A stretch of DNA of 64,000 nucleotides from Antechinus flavipes (Eukaryota). Made by a program: the position numbers and the translations under genes. The notes below the pieces were generated by a model. It made no database searches. It saw nothing but the letters and a program-made list of their open reading frames with translations, and was not told where the DNA came from. Shown here piece after piece: positions 22,895 to 35,369 of the stretch (position 1 is the stretch's first letter; every line of letters begins with the position of its first letter). Location of the stretch: assembly GCF_016432865.1 (NCBI RefSeq), contig NC_067400.1:628990001-629054000 (forward strand), written 5' to 3'.

Positions 22895-23624
22895 GCCGGG
22901 CCGCCGGGGGAGCCCCCCCCCCCGGATCCCCACCCCCATGGAAAGGAGAATAAAAAGCTGATTGTATCTTCTCTGTGGCTTCCATGTGAAGGGTCTGGGA
23001 AGGGCAGAGAGCTCCTTTGTGGGTCTGGGGGCTCCGGGAGAACGAAGAAGGAGGGAAGCACCTTCTCCTCCCAGAATCCAGCTGTCCTCGCACTGGTCAG
23101 GGCCGTCGGTCTGTGTCTGTCTGGGACAGAGAAGGGCTCGTACGGTCTCCTTCGGAACAAAGCTCCCCTTTCTGTGTGGCGCGTTTCCTCTCCCAGCTCG
23201 GAAACCCCCGGCCAGGGAGAGGGCACCCGTTCCAGCCCCAGAGGGAAACCCCTTGACAAAGGAGGGGGCAAGCTGGGGGCCTCTTCTTCCCCACTCCCTC
23301 CATGGCTCGCATCTCGGAGCCTCGCCTTTCTGCCAGCTGCCCGTGGGCCTCCCCCCCTCTCCGCCGGTGCTGGCTAGGCCCAAGAGGGAGGGCACCCGCT
23401 GCCCAGCCCGTCCTGGGCAACCCCAGTTCTGATGTGGACGTCGGAGACAACTGCACTGCCCCGAACGCTGGGCAGAAGTTCATTTTAGATTAAAGTCGGG
23501 TCTCGGTTTAGCAATAGCCAGAATGAGAATGGTGCCCTCTCCTCCTCCAGCCCTGGCCTTGAGACACTGGGCTTCTGTCAGGGGAATGGGACGAGGGTCC
23601 CTAAAACTGGAACTGACTTATTAC

Positions 23625-24345
23625 TTCGTATGCACAGGTAATGTCACAGCACTGACAATCGCCAAACCTTTTGTTCCAAATTTTCCCCTCCTTCCCCCCA
23701 CCCCCTCCCCCAGATGGCAGGATGACCCATACATGTTAAATATTTAAAGTATAAATCAGATACACAATAAGCACACATGTCCAAACAGATATTTTGCCGC
23801 ACAAAAAGAATCGGACTCTGAAATATGGTCCAATTAGCCTGTGAAGGAAATCCAAAATGCAGGCGGGCAAAAATAGAGGGAGTGGGAATTCTATGTAGTG
23901 ATTCCTGGTCATCTCCCAGAGTTCTTTCCCCGGGTGTAGCTGCTTCAGTTCATTCCTGCTCCACTGGAATGATTTGGTTCCTCTCCTTGCTGAGGAGGGC
24001 CAGGGCCACCAGGATTGGTCATCATATAGAATTGTTGTTGCCGGGTACAATGATCTCCTGGCCCTGCTCGTTTCCCTCAGCCCCAGTTCCTGTCAGTCTC
24101 TCCAGGCCTCTCTGAAATCCTCCTGCTGGTCGTTCCTTACAGAACAATAATATTCATACACCCCAATCTATTCTCCAGTTGATGGGCATCCCCTCAGTTT
24201 CCAGCTTCTGGCCACTACAAACGGGGCCACAAACATTCTGGCCCATCCAGGTCCCTTTCCCTTCTTCAGTATCTCTTTGGGGGATAAGCCCAGTGGTAGC
24301 ACTGCTGGATCAAAGGGGATGCACAGTTTGATCACTTTTTGAGCT
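23625..24345 (-). mobile_element. LINE-1 3' end fragment
   Basis: Reverse complement of the same ORF2-end/3'UTR family seen at 15.4-16.4 kb and 44.8-45.9 kb, but more diverged. Confidence 0.85.
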
Positions 24346-25129
24346 TAGGAACTGACTTACTACGAGAGAACTAACCATTTCTCTCAGGTGAGAGGCAGAC
24401 AACAGCTCCTGCTGGAGAGGCCCCGGACACACGGAGATATGGGGGAGGGCAGAGAACCAGCCTCCGGGAGTTTCTCATTTTCACTAATCCTTGCCAACCA
24501 GGAACCACGTTTAACAGTTTCTCACAGCGAAAGGAGGCAAGTAATAGCCCTGTCCCAATGGTGCCCCTTCGTGGGACAAAGACCCGCAGTGGGTGCAGCC
24601 TTTCCCCCCAGGTGGCGTCCTCTGGCTGGGGAAGGAGCAGACCCAGGGACAGCGGGACCTGGGCACAGGGCCTCTCGTACAAGCAGATCCGTAGAGCTGG
24701 GTCCCCCAGACTCACACGGGAGCAACCGGAGCTCTCCCTCCCGCACCGGACACGAAGCTCCCACCTGGCCCACCCGCAGGGACCCAGGAGCGGGCGCTCT
24801 CCATCAGCCCGCTGAAGATGAGGCGAGTGACCCTGGCGGGCAAAACCCGAGGCATAAAAGGTAGGGACTTAAAGCTCAACTCCTTCTAGCTGGGGACAGA
24901 ATGAGGAACAAATACCGGAGCTGGCCTTTTTATGGCAACTTAGGGTTCTAAAAACAGTTTACTTCCATTTTCACAACCATCCAGGGAAGACCACAAATGG
25001 TAAAATAAACCATTTCACTTCCATAAAATTAAATCATTTTTTGTAGAAACCAAACCAATGAAGCAAAAATTGGAAGAAGCAGGGAAATGAGATGAAAAAC
25101 CTTAGCAGCAAGTTTCTTGGAAGAAGGTC

Positions 25130-27240
25130 TCTTTTTAACATTTAATATTTTTATTTTCCCCAGTTACATGTAAAACAATTTTTTTACATTTATTTTTGAA
25201 ACTTTGAGTTTCAGATTCTTCCCCTTCTTTCCCACCCCCACCCCCATTAAAAAGGCAATGTGAAGTTCATGAAAAAACATTTTCATGAGTCATGTTATAG
25301 AAGAAAACATAGATCCCCCCCCCCCCCAAAAAAAAAAAAAACTTCAACCTGTATCCAGACACTCAGTTCTTTCTCTGGTATGGATAGCATTTTTCATCCC
25401 ACAACATTGCCATTACTTCACGTATAATACGTTTTACTTTACTTGGGTTTGTGGAGGACTTTCCAGGTTTTCTGAGAGCATCCTGCTCATCATTTCCCAT
25501 AGAATGATAATATTCCATTATAATCACACACCACAATTTATTCAGCCATTCCCCAAATGATAGACATCTCCTCAATTTCCAATTCTTTGCCCTGAGAAGA
25601 GTTACTATAAATATATTTTTACATATAACTCTTTCTCTCTTTTTTTAAAATCCTTTTTGGAATTCATTCCTACTACTGTTAGATCAAAGGATATGCATGA
25701 ATTTATGGCCCTTGTGGTGTAAATCGTGTCTTTTGATCATTTATCAATTAGGGAATGACTCTTAGTTTTTATAAATTTGATTCAATTCTCTCTGTTTGAG
25801 AAATAAGCCCTTCATTAGAGAAACTCGCTTTACAATTCTTTTTTCCAATGACTCTTGCTAACTAAATTTCCTCATTTATTCTTTCTCTCCTTTCACCCTG
25901 ACCCTCCTCAAAAGAGTTTTGCTACTGACCACTCCCTCCCCCACTATATCTTCTCTTCTATAGAAAGTCACATTTCTAAGATCTATAGGGAACCAATTCA
26001 AATTTATCAGAATAAGAGCAACGAATGGTCAATGGATGTAAAAAGACATTGTCAGAAAAAGAACGTTTTAAGGTATTAAAAGCCATATGAAAACTTCCAA
26101 ATCACTCATCATTAGAGGAAATTAAAACAACTCTGAAGTTCCACCTCACTTATTGGCAAAGCTGATCCCCCAAAAGACAAATACTGAAGGGGCTATGAGA
26201 AAGGAGACACAATGAGGAGCTGTGAACTGGTCTATCCATTCAGGAAAGGAACTGGCAATCGTGGCCTAAAAGTTATTAAACTGTGCATGACGGTAGATCT
26301 GCACCTGCTCCCACACCCCAAAGAGATCAAAGGAAAATATTTATAGCATTTCTTTTTCTGTCATGGGAGAAAAAAAATTGGAAACTGAGGCAGGATCCAT
26401 CCATTGGGCAATATCTGAGCAAATTATGATACGTGAATGTGATGAAATATCGCTGGGTTGTAAAAAGTCACGGAAACGGTTTTGGAGAAATCTGATCCTG
26501 AGTGAAGTGGAAAGAACCAGGAAGACAATTCTTTAAACTCGTTTGACATTTTATTCTATTAATTTTTTTCCTTCTCTCCACTTCCTCCCAACCCATTGGA
26601 AAGGTAAGAAATACATGCCCACCACACACATGAAATCATGCAAACCATAATCTATACTAGCCATGTTCGTGCAAGGAAAAGAAAGACAGGAAAAGGTCTG
26701 CTTCATCCGCTCAAGATGGGAGACGGACAGCATTAACGTCCCGAGTACTTTGGAGTTGGGGGTGAATTATTGTATCGATCAGAGGTGAACTCTCTCACGA
26801 CTGATTATCTTTACAATATTTATTGCTTTCATTGGTTCCAGAACTATTTATTTATTTATTTATTGGCTGTATTTTATTTTTTAATACTGGCTTTTTATTT
26901 TTGAAATGCTTGCAGACAATTTTCAACATTCATCCTTTTTTTAATATACAATATCATTGTTTTTATTTTATTTTATTTTATTTTTATTTCAACATTCATC
27001 CTTGCAAAATCTTATGTTCCAGATTTTTCTCACTCCCTTCCTCCTACCTCGTCACCTAGAGAGCAAGTGATCTACTATAGGTTAACCATGTATGGTTCTT
27101 TATTATTATTATTATTATTATTAAAGCTTTTTACATTCAAAACATATTCATGGATAATGTTTCGACATTGATCCTCGCATAGCTTTGTGCAGAACAATTT
27201 TTATAAAACAGTTTTATCATCAAAAATATGTTAAAACACT
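25130..27240. mobile_element. Nested old LINE-1 3' fragments (both strands)
   Basis: AT-rich block with degenerate ORF2-end motifs (aaatcactcatcattagagga..aaaacaactctgaagttccacctcac on +) and minus-strand 3'UTR pieces. Boundaries approximate. Confidence 0.65.
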
Positions 27241-28619
27241 TGGAATTCTGAGAGTGGCAACGACCAGCCACGGTTCTGGAGGATGGAACGTGTTGCCCAT
27301 TCCATGCAGAGAGCGGGATGGACTCAGTGTATGTGTGTGTGAAAGACAGAGACAGAAAAAGAGAGAGAGAGAGACAAAGAGAAAGAGAGAGAGAGAGAGA
27401 GTCATCACTATTTGTTACAGAGATTTTTTAAAAATGGGAATTAGGATAAATTAGAAGAGAAGGAACGTGGATTTTGTTCATTGAAAAAAGAATAATCAAC
27501 AAGCAAGGCAAGTGTCGCCTCTGTTGTTCAGTTTAATCTTTGTTGAATTATTAGCCCCATTTCACAGATTGGGAAATTGACAGATTTAGATTTGCCCAAG
27601 ATTCCTAGACCAGGGACTGAGCTGGGATTATACCATATCATCCCCTGGTGGTCCCATATAGCAGTGACTGTTGGGGAGGTGGACCCCATTGGAGAGGGCA
27701 AGGCTAGCCAGAATCCCATGGAGAGGGAAGGGGCAAGGTTATTTATTAAGCACCTACTATGTACCAGACATCAGCACCCCCTCCCCCCATTTTGTTCCTC
27801 CCACCCTGCAGTCATGGGCTTTCAGCCTGGAATTCCAACTCAGAGCCAGGTTCCCTGGCCCCCTCCCTCCATCTACCTCAGTGACCTGGAGTTCAGGGAA
27901 GGAGCAAGAAGGGATGGAGAGGCAGCCCAAGGAGGGGCCTTGGGTTCTAGGGACAAACCTGGGGACTGTGAGCGTGGCTGAGAAATCCCCACGGCATCCC
28001 CAAGGGCCGTGTAGGGACCCGAGGAATCCGACGCTGCCCTCCCCCCCCCCCCCCCGGCTCGGCCGAGGCTGACACATCCAGGGGAAGAGAAACGGGCTCC
28101 AAGGTGGTTCTGCTAGGGGGCCAAGCTCTGCTTCCCAGCTGGACTTCGGCTCTGGGGACTAAGACCAGAGGCTGGAAGAAGAAAGATGCGCTCCCAGTGC
28201 TGGGGCCCCTGGGAAATCCAGCCTCGGCCCCCCTGCTTTATGTCCACTTGTTTGCCCATAGCCCAGCTGGCATTTTGTCTCCCCGTGTATCCCCACGTCG
28301 GGGCTCGGGGGGACCTGAAAATTCTGGGATTCCAGACTGGGCGTGTGGGCATCTCAAAAGACTTTGTTTTTATTTAAAAATTTTACTTTTAATACACGTG
28401 ATCTCAAAAGGCTTTGGAGGCTTAGCCTGTCTCAAGCTAAGTTCCCAGAGAGGAGCTGTCTCCCACACTCTAGGTCGGACTTCAGGGGGATTGAAATGAT
28501 CCCAGCGACAAGAAAAGAAACTGAGGCAGAACTCTGAGCCAAGGGCGCGTTCTTAAAGCGTCCACGGTTCCCGATCATGCAACGGACCTGGATCTTCCTC
28601 ACAGCCCGAGCCACCTCCC

Positions 28620-29545
28620 CCTTCCATTTTTCCGGGGCTAGAGAAGAGTTATTGGAGAACAGCTCTATGCCATTGGCCGGACTATGAGACCACAGGCCAA
28701 AATCGGCGTGGGCAGGACGGACACGAGGACTATCCCCCCACCGGGGACCGGGGACTCCTTAGGGGGGACAGGCGGAAATGGCCCGGGCTACCACGTCAGT
28801 GACTAAGCCGCCATAGGGTGGTCACCGGCTCCTGTGGGACAAGGCAGCAGAGGCAGGGAAACATCTGGGGGCCTTTCCAGGCAGGGGGAGCTGCCGCGCT
28901 GGGCTCGGTCAGCGTGACAAGCAAAAGCAAGAGTGGACGACCTTCGGCTACCTTCCCGAGACTAAGCGAGCGGACTCAGAATCTGCAGCTCCCGGCTCTG
29001 GGGCCTTAGGTTCGGAACTCTGCCCAACTGACACCCATGGGACCAGAGGGGCCCAGACTCCTCCTAACGGGCAGACTCACTGGCCCAGCTCTCTGAGCTC
29101 ACCAGGATGATGGAGCCCCCTCATTTACCCCAGAGCGCCCCAAAGGCGCCCAAAGAACAGCGGGCCGGCGCTTGTGTCTCGGGTCATCCTGCCACTGCGG
29201 CCCTTTCCCACCTCACCTGCAGAATTCAAGCGCTAATCGGCTCCATCACCGCCGGAAGAGACTCCACTGGACGAGCTTTGGACCCAGAGCTTTTCTTCCC
29301 CAGAAAGTGACAGAAGCCAGAGAGCTCCATAGGCAAGGAGAGCAGAGCTCTTGCTGCTGCCTCCCCCCCCCCCCAAGGAGGCTGGAAAGATGAGAAAACA
29401 AGAGAAAAAGCTATTGGGGCGAGAGAAGCTCAAGATCCAGAGGAAGAGTGACCCCCCCACACAAACTGACAATCAGAACCCCAAAGAAAGACACAGCTTG
29501 GGCACAAGTTTAACTAGAATTCCTGGAAGAGAAGCAGCATTTTAT
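28620..29545 (+). mobile_element. Old LINE-1 5'UTR and ORF1 start
   Basis: Degenerate MRKQEKK..QTDNQNPKERHSLGT..actagaattcctggaa. The same motif recurs at 36350-36450 and 46050-46210. Confidence 0.5.
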
Positions 29546-29594
29546 TTAAGGGCTGTAAATGGGCATTGGGAATAAGATGCCATTTAACTTATTC

Positions 29595-29713
29595 TTTTTT
29601 TATTTTTTGCTGAGGCAATTGGGGTCACACAGCGAGGTGTTAAGTGTCTGAGACCAGATTTGAACTCCTGATTTCAGAGGTGGTGCTCTATCCACTGCGC
29701 CACCTAGCTGCCC
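29595..29713 (-). mobile_element. Short CORE/tRNA-derived SINE (WSINE1-like)
   Basis: Reverse complement starts gggcagctaggtggcgcagtggatagagcacc..tcaggagttcaaatc..tcagacactt..ccccaattgcctc, with an A tail. Confidence 0.75.
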
Positions 29714-29994
29714 TCATTTTTTTTTTTTTTTTTTGGATGAAAGGAATGGGGTTTTCTGGAAAACTGCCTGTTGGGCTGAGAGGGGCTGAGCCTTTTCAGG
29801 GCTGCTCATCCATCTTTGGTGTCCGTCTGTCCCCCAACGTTGACCTGTGGCTCCAAGAAGCTGCAGCAGGTGCGGCAGCCATGCCCGGAAACCAGCTCAG
29901 CACATGGGCTGAGCCAGCTCGGGGGCAGCCCCGGGGCGTCAGACTGGTCAGTTAGTGGGTGTCACTCCCCACAAAGTCCCCCCTGCAGTAGAAC

Positions 29995-30765
29995 GGCTGG
30001 AGGGGGGCGCCCTGTGTTCCCGCAGCCCCGATGGAGGGGGGCGCCCTGTATTCCCGCAGCCCGGCTGGAGGGGGGCGCCCTGTGTCCCGCAGCCCCGATG
30101 GAGGGGGGCGCCCTGTGTTCCCGCAGCCCCGATGGAGGGGGCGCCCTGTGGTCCCGCAGCCCCGATGGAGGGGGGCGCCCTGTGTTCCCGCAGCCCCGAT
30201 GGAGGGGGCGCCCTGTATTCCCGCAGCCCGGCTGGAGGGGGCGCCCTGTGGTCCCGCAGCCCCGATGGAGGGGGGCGCCCTGTGTTCCCGCAGCCCCGAT
30301 GGAGGGGGGCGCCCTGTATTCCCGCAGCCGGGCTGGAGGGGGGCGCCCTGTGTTCCCGCAGCCCGGCTGGAGGGGGGCGCCCTGTGTTCCCGCAGCCCCG
30401 ATGGAGGGGGGCGCCCTGTATTCCCGCAGCCGGCTGGAGGGGGGCGCCCTGTGTTCCCGCAGCCCGGCTGGAGGGGGCGCCCTGTGGTCCCGCAGCCCCG
30501 CTGGAGGGGGGCGCCCTGTGTTCCCGCAGCCCGGCTGGAGGGGGCGCCCTGTGGTCCCGCAGCCCCGATGGAGGGGGGCGCCCTGTGTTCCCGCAGCCCG
30601 GCTGGAGGGGGCGCCCTGTGGTCCCGCAGCCCCGATGGAGGGGGGCGCCCTGTGTTCCCGCAGCCCGGCTGGAGGGGGCGCCCTGTGGTCCCGCAGCCCC
30701 GATGGAGGGGGGCGCCCTGTGGTCCCGCAGCCCCGATGGAGGGGGCGCACTGTGTTCCCGCAGCC
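29995..30765. repeat. GC-rich 33-34-bp minisatellite (~23 copies)
   Basis: GGAGGGGG(G)CGCCCTGTG(T/G)TCCCGCAGCCC(CGAT/GGCT). It generates the long repetitive ORFs at 29.8-31.6 kb. Confidence 0.95.
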
Positions 30766-31504
30766 TGGAGGAGGCTCAGAGCCGCCGCACGCGGGGGTCG
30801 CCAGCTTCACCTTCCGCCTCCCGGGCCCTTGCCAGGCGCCCTGCCGCTGGCCCTGCCCCCGGCCTCGGCGGTTCTGGAGGGGCGGGGCCGAAGGCTCTGG
30901 ACCCGAGCTAACCCAGAGCGCACAGCAGTCCTCCGTCCTTGGGAAAGGAAGGACAAACAGCGCGGGCTCCAGAAGAAAGGAAAAGCAGCTCGGGCTCCTG
31001 GCCCCCCTGCTCCCAGGGAAACTCGCGTCTGCCCAGAGGGAGACCCCCGGGCTCTCCGAGAAGGGCTGCTGGTCGCGGAGCCTGTCCACCCGCTCCCTCC
31101 AGTGCTGCCCGTCAGGGGGCAGGATCGGGACCCCTGCCCGGGAGCCACCTCGGGGCCCCTCACCTCCCGACTCCGTGGCTGCCGAGTCCCGCCCATTGCG
31201 GGAGGGGGTGGGCCCCGGCTCTGCCCTCATCCCGGCACTTTCAGGACGCACTCTCGTTGTTTCTGGAGCACTGTAAACAATAACTGGGAGGGGGGCTGCT
31301 GGCCACAAGCCTGTCCCCCTCCCGCCCTCCCCTCCCCCCGCTCAGCCGTCAGTCGGCCCTTGCTACCCCCTTGCTCTGAGGCCGTCCCCCGCCCCCAGAA
31401 CTTCTGTTTGGTCCCATCACCTCGGGGATCGTTCCAAGGGGATAGGTCACTTGGGGCTGTGAGGTTGGAAAGTGCTCCACGTGGTACCGCAAGTGGTTCC
31501 CACA

Positions 31505-31665
31505 GACCCCTCCCAGCTATTGTTATCCCACTTTACAGGTGGGGAAACCAAGGCAGACAGACGTTAGGTGACCCGCCCAGGGTCCCACAGCTTGTTAGAG
31601 GCTGGATTTGAACTTGGGTCTCCCCGACTCCGGGTGGAGTATCCTAACCACTGCGCCACCTGACT
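31505..31665 (-). mobile_element. MIR/CORE-SINE
   Basis: cccactttacaggtggggaaaccaaggcag..gacccgcccagggtcccacagc..ggatttgaacttggg..ccactgcgccacc. Confidence 0.75.
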
Positions 31666-32020
31666 GCCTCAAAGCCTCGGACCTCGGGCTTTCCAGGCTC
31701 CCAGTGACAATGGCCGCGCTCCATCTCCTGACTAAATGCATTCTCTTTGGAGGCTCCTCCTCCTCCTCCCCCGAGGCTGGTGCTCCCCTCCCAGACGTCT
31801 CCCATGGCTTTGCCAGATGTTTCCCCATTAGACTGGCAGCTCCCTGAGGCCGGGGCCTGGCACAGGGGGAGGGGGGCCGAGCCGTCCCCCCAAGCCTCTC
31901 CCCAAGACAGAGCGGAGGTCCTGCGGCCCCAGAGACTGCCCCCAGCTGGCGCCGCCTCCGGGCAGAAGCCAGGCTCCGAGCGTCCCTACTCTTACTGTAG
32001 GACTCACACGCGGCCTGGGG

Positions 32021-32116
32021 CGTCACTTCCCGCCCTCGGGTCCCAGGAAGGGTCACGTGGGGGAGGATGAGCCAATGGCAGGGCCACTCCCCCCCTCCCG
32101 CCGCAGCTCCCACGTG
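32021..32116 (+). promoter_or_regulatory. Gene E promoter: half-CRE, CACGTG-N12-CCAAT, second E-box
   Basis: CGTCA 32021-32025, CACGTG 32054-32059, CCAAT 32072-32076, CACGTG 32111-32116, ATG 32150. Confidence 0.55.
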
Positions 32117-32149
32117 CTCCCTGCCTGTCTGCAGGGGCTGCTCAGGACC

Positions 32150-35100
32150 ATGCGCCCCGCGCTGACCGCCCAGCTCTTCCTGAGTGAGTGCGGTGGGGGA
32201 GGGGTGGGAGCGAGGAGTCCTGGGGGGCAGAGACGGGAGGGGGTAGAGAGGGGGAGGAGTCTGGGGTTCTGTCCTGGGGTGGGACTGGAGTGTAAGGGAG
32301 GGGAAGAAAGGGAATAGTCCTGGGGTTCTGTCCTGAGCTGGGGCGCGGGAAAGTGGAGGAGGGAGGCTGGAGGCCAGTCTCCATGGGGAGGCCCCAAGGA
32401 GGGAAGCGAGGAGGGGCAGAAAGAGGGGAGGGGGGAGAGAAAGAGCAGCCGGAGCCCCCAGGGAGGGAGGCAGGAAGAATGGGGTCCAGGGGAGCAGTCT
32501 CTCACGGGTGGGGGGGGGACTTTCTGACAGGCTTCTCCGTGATCCAAGCGCTGCAAGAGTCCTGTGAGTCTTTCCCCCCCTTCTCCTCCTCCCCCGTTCC
32601 ACTTTCCCTCCCTCCTCTCCCTCCCTCCTCTCCCCCCATCCCATCTCCCCCCTCCCTCTCCCGCCGGCGGCCCCGGGGGCGGGCTCTGGGCTGCGGGGGG
32701 CGGGGGCGCTCGCGGGGCGCCGGGTCCCCCTGGACCTCCGGGCTCCCTCCCCCGCAGACGAGCTGCCGGCGCCCCGCTTGGAGGTGGAGCCCAGCTACCC
32801 GGTGCCGCTGGGGGCGACGCTGCTGCTGCGCTGCCGGGGGGCGTCCGACCCGTTCAGCTACCGCTTCTACAAGGAGGCTCTGCGGGAGGCCCTGAGCCTG
32901 GAGGACTCGTGCTGGGAGAGCATGACCCCCCACCTGCGCCACCCCCAGGCCAGGCTGGGCGGCCGCTACCGCTGCCAGTACGACTTCCACGCCTTCTGGT
33001 CCAAGCTCAGCGTGCCGCGGGATGTGCCGGTGGCCGGTGAGGGGGGGGCGGCGAGGGAGGGGCGGACTGGGGGGAAATAGCGGGGGGAGATGCGGGAGGG
33101 GGCACGAGGGGCCCCTCAGGGAGGCCGGACCCCACCTGGGCCCCGCCGGCCTACCCCTCCCCCCACGTGGACCCCCACAGAACCGCCCACATCCCCGCGC
33201 CTCGGGCTTCTGGGCCGCAGAGGTGACTAAGGCCGGGGCTCGTCCCCGCTCTCAGACTCCGTCCATACGCTATTGAGTCCAATAATTGAGGTCAGTAAGA
33301 AAAAAAATTAGTGGCGATCAAAGGAGTTGGGCCGGGCTTTCTGGGCGGCTCATTCCAGCCCACGGAGGCTCAGAGAAGTTCTGGTCTCCCCTGGAATTTG
33401 GAGCTCTCCTTGAACTCCATTTAGGAGATTAAAGCGCCCGGGAAACATAAGGGCCGTGACGTTTCTCCCTTAAACAGGTCACGTTGCCTGTGCATTACAT
33501 ACACGTGGCTGGCGGTGAAATTTAAAGACAGCCTCGTTATCCTCAGTCCCTACTGTGACAGGAGCCACGTGACTTTGGCCAAGCCCCTTCTTTCCTCTGA
33601 GACTCAGTTTCCCCGTCTGTCAAGTGAGACGTGCGGACCGAAGCGTAGCAAAGTAGGCTCCCAACTCCGTGGGACTGGGACCTCACCTTCCCAGCTTCCC
33701 GCAGGGGTCCACCATCCCTGAGTGGGCTCGGTGACCCGCAGAAGCCACCGGGGTCTCCTCCGCCTGCCGCTTCCAGGGGCCTCGGCCGTGCTTGGGGTGG
33801 CCCCTGACACCGCAGCCCCGTGGCATTTAAGCACTGCCGGCCGTCCAGAGGGAAAGCTTCCCGTTCTCCCCCCACAGTGCTCTTCTCCGGCCTCCTCGCT
33901 GACTTGCCTCCCAAGCTATAGAACAAGGACTATTCGTGCTGCACGAGACCCCGGCAGTGTTTAGATTCAGAGAGGGCCTGGGACCGGCTGAGCACAAGCT
34001 GACGTCTTCAGACCGCCATCCCTGGCTGCTCCTGGCCCGGCCCGTTCCTCCTCAAACCGGCTCAAGCCCCTTCCGAGTCAGGCTGAGACTTTCTTTTTCT
34101 TTTTTTAATTGGAGCTTTTTCTTGACAAGACATATGCATGGGTAATTTTTCAGCACTGACCCTTGCAAAATGTTCTCTTCCAACTTCTCCCCGCCTTCCC
34201 CCCATCCCCTCCCCCAGAGGGCAGGCAGTCCCATACGTGCTAAATCGGTTAAAGTATATGTTAAATCCAACATATGTATACATGTCCTAACACGTATATA
34301 TGTATACAAATACAACATGTACACTTGCTGCCCAACAAGAATCGGACTCTGCAATAGTGTCCAATCAGCCTGTGAAGGAAGTCCAAAATGCAGGCGGACA
34401 AACATAGAGGGACTGGGAATTCTATGTAGTGGTTCGGAGTCATCTCCCAGAGTTCTTTGCCTGCGTGTGGCTGGTTCAGTTCATTCCTGCTCCATTGGAA
34501 CTGATTTGCTTCATCTCATTGTGAGGGGGCCGATCAGAATTGCTCATCACATAGTATTGTTGTAGTATAGAATGATCTCCTGACCCTGCTCGTCTCCCTC
34601 AGCATCAGTTCAGTTTCAAGGGACATAGGGACCATCAGCCCCTAGGAGAAGGGGAAGGAGGAAGGTGGATCTTGCAGTAGCTATACCTCCTAGAACCGGG
34701 GGACAGGATCAACCCTCAGCTGACCCTCTGCCTCTCAGAGCCCAGAAGTAGGAGCCAGGAAGGAGGAGACCGGCTCCCTTTGATCTCCTCCGTCTCTCCT
34801 TACAGACCTCTATGAAGAACCCTTCCTGTGGGAGACTCCCGGACTCTCGGTGCCCCCCGGGGAGAACGTCACCTTCCACTGTAACTCCAGCGGGGGCCTG
34901 GACAAGTTCGTCCTGTACCACAGCACGCCGGAGCGTGGATTCCGGACTCTCAAGCCCCAAGACGGGAACGAGGCCGTTGTCCCTCTCCACAACGAAACAG
35001 AGGAAATAAATGGGAATTACACATGCAAGGGCTACGTGAGCAGTGAGCCCCATCGGTGGTCGGCTGCCACTGACAGCCTGGTGCTGAGTGGCGGTAAGTG

Positions 35101-35369
35101 GCCCCGGGAATGGGGACTTGCCTCCGGCCCTGGAGGATTCTGGGCGGCAGAGGGGTCGCAGCCCTCATGCTTCACATCCCCTCCGCTCTGTTCCCACAGG
35201 GGGCCTCCCTCCTGGGTGCCGTAAAGCCGTTCTTCTCCATGTGGTCCTGGCCTTGGCCATGCTGAGGGGCTTAGGTGCAGTGCTGAAGCCTGGGGGACCC
35301 AGAGCTGTTCCCGTGGAGACAGACAGATGGAGTTCCCTGCTCCCTGATTCCCAAGCCCAACCTCATTAG
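32150..35369 (+). CDS. Gene E: LRC-type two-Ig protein, 267 aa, paralog of B with an extended C-terminus (possible TM + 27-aa tail, no Tyr motif)
   Basis: Exons 32150-32183 (MRPALTAQLFL), 32531-32563, 32758-33036 (Ig1), 34806-35093 (Ig2), 35200-35369 (GGLPPGCRKAVLLHVVLALAMLRGLGAVLKPGGPRAVPVETDRWSSLLPDSQAQPH*). AATAAA 35378-35383. Confidence 0.88.
34093..34615 (-). mobile_element. LINE-1 3'UTR fragment in gene E intron 3
   Basis: T-rich tail followed by the reverse complement of the L1 3'UTR (gggtaatttttcagcactgacccttgc..atctcccagagttc..). Absent from gene B intron 3. Confidence 0.85.

Noticed and set aside
29816-31611. Long 300-500-aa ORFs on both strands
   Set aside because: Products of a stop-poor GC-rich minisatellite. 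The same holds for the ORFs at 6.6-7.2, 51.6-53.5 and 59.2-59.9 kb.
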